A stretch of 24,000 nt of DNA from Synechococcus sp. AG-673-F03 (GTDB lineage Bacteria > Cyanobacteriota > Cyanobacteriia > PCC-6307 > Cyanobiaceae): NCBI GenBank assembly GCA_003211205.1, contig QCTJ01000008.1, positions 4,125 through 28,124 on the forward strand. The letters run 5' to 3'. The notes below the pieces were generated by a model, which saw only the letters and a program-made list of their open reading frames with translations, was not told where the DNA came from and did not search any database. Below are positions 6,954 to 13,575 of the stretch, piece after piece (within the stretch, counting starts at the first letter, position 1; each line of letters starts with the position of its first letter). Both the position numbers and the translations under genes were made by a program.

Positions 6954-7137
6954 CGTTGTACGAACTGACCCAGCTCAATCGTCCAGCAAAAGCATTGAGC
7001 GCTCACAAGCTGCTGAGTCGCTGAATAAGAGGGAGCACTGGGAGCCTGATGACAGGTGATCCTGAACCAGATAGATCGCAAAGACTTGCCATCCCAGCAA
7101 GTCATACTCATGATGTTCTCATCTGCAAGGATCATTG

Positions 7138-7281
7138 ATGAGCAACCGTCTCGTTCGTGCTCACAAGAGATTAATCGTCAAAATACAACAGAAGACTGGT
7201 CTTTCTGATTATCAAATCTTGTGGTTAGCTTTTGCCAAAGGGATCGTCGCTGGCATTCTGCTCACGCTCATCTTATTTTAA
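7138..7281 (+). CDS. candidate 47-aa tail-anchored micro-protein
   Basis: MSNRLVRAHKRLIVKIQQKTGLSDYQILWLAFAKGIVAGILLTLILF has a basic N-terminus and a C-terminal TM helix. AAGGA lies 7 nt upstream of the ATG. Below the ORF-track cutoff. Confidence 0.35.
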   Translation: MSNRLVRAHKRLIVKIQQKTGLSDYQILWLAFAKGIVAGILLTLILF

Positions 7282-7346
7282 AAATCGACAACAACACTCC
7301 TCAATCTTTAATGATGAAGTTCTAAATTTTCAGCTTTTCTTCTCAC

Positions 7347-7574
7347 ATGACGCCGAACACAGGAAACGATGCAGTATCTAATACTGAAAACATCGAAATC
7401 AACAGAGCTCTGACTTACTCAGAAATGATGAACGAAGGAAGGCAGAATATTAAACATGGGAGTCGAGAACAAGGAGATGGGCTTCAACAACGAGTGGAGG
7501 AACTTGAAAGAAAAGTGGAACACCTTCAGAATGTGATCCAACGCCAAATTCGCCTTGGTAGAATGTCCGAATAG
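7347..7574 (+). CDS. hypothetical small protein (75 aa) with C-terminal coiled-coil-like segment
   Basis: ATG start. LQQRVEELERKVEHLQNVIQRQIRL. No family recognised. Confidence 0.4.
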   Translation: MTPNTGNDAVSNTENIEINRALTYSEMMNEGRQNIKHGSREQGDGLQQRVEELERKVEHLQNVIQRQIRLGRMSE

Positions 7575-7702
7575 CAAGTAAAACGAGTCAAAAATCTATA
7601 TAAATTGACGGATTGTCTTCAGGCCAATCTTATTTTGCGATGAAAAATTTACCGCACTGTACGGCCCAACAATGAAACAGTTTATAAGATAGAATTTAAG
7701 AT

Positions 7703-8299
7703 CTACGACTTTGAAGAACGGATGTTCAGGCTAATGCAATCAAGACTGTCGTAGGTCTCCACACCAGAATCTGGATTGACTCCAGCAGCCCTCGAACACA
7801 TGTCCTCTCGCTGAGGAGCATCAATAATGGCGCCAGAGAAGTCAGCCCCGTCAATCGTCGTCGCCATAAAAAAGCTCTTGGTCAAAACTGAATCTCGGAA
7901 GTTCACGTTTGTGAGATTTGCCCCTTCAAAATGAGTTGCATAGGCGATACTGCCCTCAAGATTTGCACCCTCGAGATCTGCTCTTTGCAGAGTCGCCACA
8001 CTAAATAAAGCACCTTTCAGATCAAGACCAGACAGGTCATAATTGGCTAAGTCATATTTGACAAACTCCTTGGTGATCGGCTTTCCGTCTTCATCTCGCT
8101 CGTAAAAAGGAAATTTTTCCTTGAAGGCCTCTGTCGCCTGATCGGTTCCCTGCAGACTTCGATCAAGCCCGAGATCTGGAAGACCTCCACCGCTTGGATA
8201 AATGGCCAATGCCTTTGATGGCAACATCAGCAACATGCCGAACAGAATCGCAACAAAGGATCGAAACAACGGCCTAACAATGCGATTAACTACTTCCAT
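7703..8299 (-). CDS. pentapeptide-repeat protein with signal peptide (thylakoid-lumen TL15-like)
   Basis: Signal peptide ...LLMLPSKALA. Tandem pentapeptide repeats DLSGLDLKGALFSVATLQRADLEGANLEGSIAYATHFEGANLTNVNFRDSVL. Strong SD AAGGAG 6 nt upstream of ATG 8299. Confidence 0.9.
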   Translation of the reverse strand: MEVVNRIVRPLFRSFVAILFGMLLMLPSKALAIYPSGGGLPDLGLDRSLQGTDQATEAFKEKFPFYERDEDGKPITKEFVKYDLANYDLSGLDLKGALFSVATLQRADLEGANLEGSIAYATHFEGANLTNVNFRDSVLTKSFFMATTIDGADFSGAIIDAPQREDMCSRAAGVNPDSGVETYDSLDCISLNIRSSKS

Positions 8300-8744
8300 C
8301 AGACACTCCTTTTATTGAAAAACTTAAGGCAAGCAAGTGCGTTACTTTGACAACATGACCCGCTGAGGTGAAACAAATCGAGCAGTGACGAGAGAAATAT
8401 CTCACTACGTTGAATCTCATTAATCGCGTGCACAGGTCCAAGATGAAGTACCAAAAATTATTCGCAACGTAAGACTAAAGAAAAGCTTCTATCAAAATTG
8501 GAAGATCAAACTCAAGCACTTCTAGCAGAACTGATTCGACAAGCTCTCATCAGGATTCACAGCGGTGAAGCAGGTGCTGACTCAGCACTTTACAGGGCTA
8601 TCTACACCCTTCAAGAGCAAAATATCATCGAAAACATAGCTTCGACGTTGCAGTAAAGATCAAATTCACTCAATTATTGAAAAGACCATGGAGGCAAAGG
8701 TCAGCAGGACCAAAGTCTCACGACAAAGCCCAGGACAATAAAAA

Positions 8745-8855
8745 TCAACCCACCAAATAAATATAACCAGAGACCAAATTCATAGACAACCAAATCAAAG
8801 CCGAGAAATATACCGCGGCAAAGACAAACTCTTCAACAAATTCAAAAGAATTCAT
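8745..8855 (-). CDS. candidate 36-aa hydrophobic micro-protein
   Basis: MNSFEFVEEFVFAAVYFSALIWLSMNLVSGYIYLVG. The ATG lies only 4 nt after the stop of 8860..9159 on the same strand. Below the ORF-track cutoff. Confidence 0.3.
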   Translation of the reverse strand: MNSFEFVEEFVFAAVYFSALIWLSMNLVSGYIYLVG

Positions 8856-8859
8856 GCGT

Positions 8860-9159
8860 TTAGTAAAGCGTTGCTCTACGGATAAATTGCATTGCAGCAA
8901 GCGCACCTAAAAAGAACACTGTTGGAATACCCAATGCATTCACGGCCAAGGTCCTGACGGTAAACACAGGGTAACCTCCATCTTTTCTTTGGAAAGGCGC
9001 CAGAGGGCTATCGATCCACTCTTTACGATTCTGAATCGAAGGCACTCCAAAGAACTGTTTCCCCCAGACAAGAATTTCCCACCTGGTCAGCCAAAACGCG
9101 GTGCTGATGACCGAGAAAACTATTGGGGAAGCAACCAATAGGATCTTGTAGTTGAACAC
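8860..9159 (-). CDS. hypothetical two-TM membrane protein (99 aa, GTG start)
   Basis: Helices [19 protein letters not shown] and [23 protein letters not shown]. No family confidently recognised. Confidence 0.55.
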   Translation of the reverse strand: MFNYKILLVASPIVFSVISTAFWLTRWEILVWGKQFFGVPSIQNRKEWIDSPLAPFQRKDGGYPVFTVRTLAVNALGIPTVFFLGALAAMQFIRRATLY

Positions 9160-9675
9160 AACAACAACGTCGTTTCTAAGAGATTAGGAGAGTGCCTTGT
9201 TCTCTAGGTATTGATTGATGCACCATTTTGGCCTCAATGCGTCAACCGCATTGACTCATTTTTGTCAATCAAATTGGTGGCAACAAGGTGATATTTTGAA
9301 ACGCCCAGACGTCATTTGCGCCTCGATAGCGGTTTAAATCAACTAATCCGCCTTGTTTTGCGCCGACAGAGCCAATCCTGATGCGATGACGAGCAACATA
9401 AAGATTGATTTTGATTCATAATTTTACTCACTGCCGATACAGATGTTTCAAGCAAAAGCTTCGCGCAATGAAGACATTCGATCATTTTAAAGATACATAT
9501 TGATTCATTGACAAGGCCGAAAATTAAGTCATTGCTCCTAACCAATTTGCTGATTGAACAAGACACTGCTTGAGCCCAAGTCTGCAAAAGCAGCCCCAAG
9601 CCCCCAATCGCCTCTGCACAGGGCTGGCATGACAGCCTTGAGTCAACAAAGACTCACGCCCCGCCTGAGAACCGC

Positions 9676-10320
9676 ATGGACGACACGCTGGTGTGTGGGC
9701 CTACGACAGGACCAGCGACAGTGCTGCTGGCCCATGGTGCCGGCGCTGGTATGGAGAGCCCTTTCATGCTGCACATGGCCGAAGGACTTGCGCAGCAGGG
9801 GTGGCAGGTGATCCGCTTCGAATTTCCCTATATGGCCCAGCAACGCATCAGTGGTCGCAAAAAACCACCCAACAAAGCCGACATCCTGTTGCGGTGTTAT
9901 GGCGAGCAAGTGAGCTCTCTGCCCGCCAAGCGACCACTGATCATCGGAGGCAAATCCATGGGTGGGAGGATCGCCAGCCTGCTTGCCGATGAGTTGTGGA
10001 GCCAAAACAAGATTTTGGGATGCATCTGTCTGGGCTATCCCTTTCACCCTCTTGGCAAACCAAAGACATTGCGCGTGGAGCATTTGCAGAATCTGCAAAC
10101 GCCAACTCTGGTGATTCAGGGAGAGCGGGATGCGATGGGCAACATGGAGGACGTGAACACCTATGCGCTCTCAAAGCAGTTGCAACTCGCCTGGATGCCC
10201 GATGGTGATCACAGCTTCAAGCCACGAAAACGATCAGGACGTAGCGAACTTCAGAACTTGAATCTGGCTGTTGAACAAATGCATGACTTCCTCAGCAGAG
10301 TGGTCCGACCAGCATGCTGA
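9676..10320 (+). CDS. alpha/beta-fold hydrolase (COG3571 / KANL3-Tex30-like)
   Basis: LLAHGAGAGMESPFM, nucleophile elbow GGKSMGG, QGERD and DGDHSF (Ser/Asp/His arrangement). 214 aa, ATG start. Confidence 0.9.
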   Translation: MDDTLVCGPTTGPATVLLAHGAGAGMESPFMLHMAEGLAQQGWQVIRFEFPYMAQQRISGRKKPPNKADILLRCYGEQVSSLPAKRPLIIGGKSMGGRIASLLADELWSQNKILGCICLGYPFHPLGKPKTLRVEHLQNLQTPTLVIQGERDAMGNMEDVNTYALSKQLQLAWMPDGDHSFKPRKRSGRSELQNLNLAVEQMHDFLSRVVRPAC

Positions 10321-10330
10321 GGGTGGGCCA

Positions 10331-10615
10331 TCACGTCTGGTTGCCACCCAGCATGTCGTCGTACCCCTCATAGGGGTTGTATTCGGCCCAGCCAGGACTG
10401 GCCTGATCCATCAGGCCGAACTCACCGTCAATCATGTCCGCCCGGGTGTTGCCATAAGGAACTGTGTTGCAAGTGATCCCACCACCCGCAGCAGGCTGGC
10501 AGTCATCAAAACGCACCTGGCCCCGAACAGGATTGGCCAGACTGCTGCCGATCGTGACCAGAGCGACAACGCTAGTTAGAAACACGCGCACGACGCTTGG
10601 TGCATGGCAGCCCAT
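10331..10615 (-). CDS. hypothetical secreted protein (94 aa from ATG 10615)
   Basis: Signal-like VRVFLTSVVALVTIGSSLA. Mature part has Cys and Gly-rich DDCQPAAGGGITC. More protein-like than the antisense ORF 10464..10991. Confidence 0.55.
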   Translation of the reverse strand: MGCHAPSVVRVFLTSVVALVTIGSSLANPVRGQVRFDDCQPAAGGGITCNTVPYGNTRADMIDGEFGLMDQASPGWAEYNPYEGYDDMLGGNQT

Positions 10616-10640
10616 TCTGAATGAGATCGTGAACAGTGGA

Positions 10641-11027
10641 TCAAAGACCTGCACAAAGACGTTCACTGTCCCCCAATGTCTCAAAAGCTTTCTGACCCCG
10701 TTGTTCAGCAAGCTGCACCATCACCACTTCCGCCTGCAGACCAAGCAGCAGGGTCTGGCAGGGATAGAACTGGCGATCGGCGGCACGACGTTGCAACGCC
10801 TCAATGAGCACCAGAGCTCGATCACAGCTGGCTGCATTGGCGCTTTGAAAACATGCCATAAGAATCGGACGCACTCCCTCCAGAGACGCCGCATGAACCG
10901 GCGCTTCAACACTGCCAATCACAAGAGCGACCGTTCCAGACATCCATGCCCTGACCAAATTGTTCAAGAGGTTGTTAACCAAGAGGCGTAAAGAGATCAA
11001 CGACCTGACGTGCTGCCAAACATTCAC
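10641..11027 (-). CDS. hypothetical exported protein (128 aa from GTG 11027; alternative ATG 10943)
   Basis: Hydrophobic N-terminal region ending ...VEAPVHA. Four Cys in a helical body. Same strand as, and downstream of, the zinc-finger ORF. Confidence 0.5.
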   Translation of the reverse strand: MNVWQHVRSLISLRLLVNNLLNNLVRAWMSGTVALVIGSVEAPVHAASLEGVRPILMACFQSANAASCDRALVLIEALQRRAADRQFYPCQTLLLGLQAEVVMVQLAEQRGQKAFETLGDSERLCAGL

Positions 11028-11173
11028 AAACCAACTCCTTAACTAGCCGTGAGATCAACCGAAAGAATGAAATCACTCGATCGATGATCGGATGTATACC
11101 GACTGGACCGCGGTCGCACTGTTGCTGTTCACGGCAGTACCGCTGTTGGCTGTCGTGGCAACAGCGGCATTTT

Positions 11174-11479
11174 TTATTTGGCAAAAGCGGAAGTCACCGC
11201 TGTCTTGATGACCACCTCCTTGAGCTTTTGAGCTCTCTTCTCAAGGGAGCCAACGACAGAACGTGATGGGAATGTTGATGTTGTGGGAGAGGCGACAGGC
11301 TGAAGCACACCTCTGCCCAGACAGTCATGACAGGTCCGGAAGCGCTGCTCGCTGATGCGTTTGATGCCACTGCCTCCGCAGCTGGAGCAGATCGCCATGT
11401 CTGAACCCAAAAACGCAACTTCAGTGTGGGAGCTACAAGCGACTGCGATCCCAAAGGCTTTCTTAAGAATCTGGCTCAT
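11174..11479 (-). CDS. small DnaJ-type zinc-finger protein (101 aa)
   Basis: Two CxxCxGxG motifs (CSSCGGSG and CHDCLGRG). ATG 11479 overlaps the gluQ stop by 17 nt. The longer ORF-track version (start 11650) would lie inside gluQ. Confidence 0.6.
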   Translation of the reverse strand: MSQILKKAFGIAVACSSHTEVAFLGSDMAICSSCGGSGIKRISEQRFRTCHDCLGRGVLQPVASPTTSTFPSRSVVGSLEKRAQKLKEVVIKTAVTSAFAK

Positions 11480-12389
11480 CCCAACATCCCTGCAGCGGCA
11501 GGGGTCGAGCCCGAATCTCTTGCAGCAGCTCGCGAGCCGACAAGGAGCAGTGCTGGTCGACCAAACCCAGCGAAGCGGCCAGCCATCCCACCACCCGCTG
11601 CGATGACCACTGCTTCTCCTGGAGAGGTGCCAGCCCTGCGGCCTGTTCACGTTTGGAGAGCTTCTGACCCTCCGAATCGCAGAGAAGCGGTGTGTGTCGA
11701 TAGCAGGGGGATTGCTCCTCTAGCGATGCGATCACCGCCTGCTGGGCAATACACACTGCAGCCAAATCAGCACCCCGCACCACCTCGGTGATACCCAGTG
11801 CCAACTCGTCCACTGCCGTTGAAAGGTGATAAGCAATGAATCCATCCGCTCGGCGCAGAACCAAATCACCGCAGCGGGGTTCATCCACGGCCTTCACTTT
11901 CAGCCTCCAGGCCGGCAGACGTCCATCCTGCAGCCCCCAGCCCCTTGCCATCTCCCTGCAGGTTCCTGGATAACGCCGACCGGCACCCAGCTGACGACGA
12001 CTGCATCGGCAGGGATACAGCAGCTGTTCATGCCGAAGTGCAGAGAGACAGGAGTCATAAAGCCCGAGCCGCTGGCTCTGAATGATCACTGGACCATCCC
12101 AGTGCAGTCCAAGCCACTGAAGATCTTCGAGAGCTGAGTCGACCGCGCCAACCCGGATGCGCGGAGTGTCGAGATCATCAATCCGCAGCAACCATTCACC
12201 ACCCTCAAGACGGGCCTGCAACCAGGAGATCAGGGCCGTGCGCAGGTTGCCCAGATGCAGAGGACCCGAGGGAGTCGGAGCAAAACGACCGCGATAACCC
12301 AGGAGACGCTGTTGACGCCCCTGCTCAAAAACGACCCGGAGACAATCAGGAAGGTCCACACAAGAAAGGGTGGCCCCAGAGGACCACAC
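11463..12389 (-). CDS. gluQ: glutamyl-Q tRNA(Asp) synthetase
   Basis: GRFAPTPSGPLHLGNLRTAL (class-I HIGH-type motif) and LRIDDLD. Cys cluster YPCRCSRR...YPGTCR. Size of about 300 aa, lacking an anticodon-binding domain. The GTG start is uncertain. Confidence 0.9.
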   Translation of the reverse strand: MWSSGATLSCVDLPDCLRVVFEQGRQQRLLGYRGRFAPTPSGPLHLGNLRTALISWLQARLEGGEWLLRIDDLDTPRIRVGAVDSALEDLQWLGLHWDGPVIIQSQRLGLYDSCLSALRHEQLLYPCRCSRRQLGAGRRYPGTCREMARGWGLQDGRLPAWRLKVKAVDEPRCGDLVLRRADGFIAYHLSTAVDELALGITEVVRGADLAAVCIAQQAVIASLEEQSPCYRHTPLLCDSEGQKLSKREQAAGLAPLQEKQWSSQRVVGWLAASLGLVDQHCSLSARELLQEIRARPLPLQGCWDEPDS

Positions 12390-12412
12390 CGATCAAGCGT
12401 TCTGGCAGTCAA

Positions 12413-12688
12413 TCAGCCCTGAACACGATCCTTGAACATCTTGCCTGCGGTGAAAGCGGGCACGCGCTTGGCGGGGATCTTGATCTTTTCGCCGGTCTTG
12501 GGATTCAGACCCTGACGGGCAGAGCGCTCGCGAGGCTCAAAGGAACCGAAACCGAGAATGGAGACCTTTTTGCCCTCCACAACGGAATCGATGATGGTTT
12601 CAATGGCGGCATCCACCACCAGAGAAACATCGGTCTTGGTGAGCTCGGTGCGTGCGGCAACCAGGTTGACGAGATCGGCTTTATTCAT
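12413..12688 (-). CDS. hup: HU family DNA-binding protein
   Basis: 91 aa: MNKADLV...GFGSFEPRERSARQGLNPKTGEKIKIPAKRVPAFTAGKMFKD is the canonical HU/IHF signature. Confidence 0.95.
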   Translation of the reverse strand: MNKADLVNLVAARTELTKTDVSLVVDAAIETIIDSVVEGKKVSILGFGSFEPRERSARQGLNPKTGEKIKIPAKRVPAFTAGKMFKDRVQG

Positions 12689-12840
12689 TGGGTGGGGGAA
12701 AGTGGCAGAAGCGGTTGGATCGACGATGCGGAGGTCGACATCCGCACGGCTTCCCTTGGCGCGCTAATCGTATGGAGACAATCGCTGTGCGGCAACCGAA
12801 AAACACCGTGCCGCAATGCTTTCACCGAATCTCATGTGAA

Positions 12841-13515
12841 TCAGACCGTGTCAAATGCTGCATTGGCCTCCTGATTCCAGCTGTTAAAGGGAGCCAGATG
12901 GCCACCACGCAGAGCACCTAACCCAGCCCCAGAAGCCAGTGCTGGAGAGGCTTCTGCAGGAATCCACCGACATAATTGATGCAGACTGCGATGCTGCCGA
13001 GGCCAGTGAAAGGTGCGCCGGTGCTGCAACGGTGCCAATTGATCCTTGGCCACTGGCACAAGCAAACGTCCGCAGAACAGCACATTCACAGGCAGCGGCG
13101 CATGCACAACGGCATGACCAGGAGTAGGGCCTGGCGTCCAGAGCAGTCGCAGGCCTGAACGCGTGACGGTCTCCTCGGAAAACGTTTCGAGCTGCTCAAC
13201 ACCCGGCAACAGATAAGCCTCCTGTTCCTGGACAAGCACGGGCCATTGCATGCGCTGCTGCAGACCCCGCAAGCGTCCATGCCCCTCTCGACTAGTGAGA
13301 AGAATGCGGGCGCATCGGCCTTGCGCAAGTTCCCGCAGAGCCTCCAAGCTGGCTTCGGTGAGCGGCGGACAGTCGATCAGGACGGGCTCAGGATCCACGT
13401 CGAGCCACCAGGACGAGCCGCCGCGACAGTCGCGGTTAGGCGGAAACAGCCAGAGATCAGGGCGGATTTGCACAGGCGGACGGCCTGACTCCAGCGAGGA
13501 GGTCATCACAGACAC
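12841..13515 (-). CDS. MBL-fold (metallo-beta-lactamase superfamily) protein with degenerate metal motifs
   Basis: The motif order VLIDCPP / ILLTSREGHG / TPGPTPGHAVVH / VLFCGRLL parallels MBL motifs 1-4. Start is GTG 13515 or ATG 13506. Confidence 0.7.
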   Translation of the reverse strand: MSVMTSSLESGRPPVQIRPDLWLFPPNRDCRGGSSWWLDVDPEPVLIDCPPLTEASLEALRELAQGRCARILLTSREGHGRLRGLQQRMQWPVLVQEQEAYLLPGVEQLETFSEETVTRSGLRLLWTPGPTPGHAVVHAPLPVNVLFCGRLLVPVAKDQLAPLQHRRTFHWPRQHRSLHQLCRWIPAEASPALASGAGLGALRGGHLAPFNSWNQEANAAFDTV

Positions 13516-13575
13516 GATGAATCACCGGAGCTATCACTACTTTGAAGGCATCACCTGCCTCCTGGGAGTGGATCT

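Noticed and set aside
6950-7135. 61-aa minus-strand ORF.
   Set aside because: Only 21% V/A/D/E/G, with multiple Cys and Trp. It is wedged between two better plus-strand candidates.
9339-9599. 86-aa minus-strand ORF in the AT-rich gap before the hydrolase gene.
   Set aside because: It has a TTG start, a Cys/Ser-rich translation and no features. The region looks intergenic, with repeated TTGATTCAT 9-mers at about 9410 and 9490 that fall within chance expectation.
10464-10991. 175-aa plus-strand ORF.
   Set aside because: The translation is Thr/Arg/Gln-rich with no features. The two minus-strand ORFs it covers have signal-like N-termini and fit the same-strand gene string.
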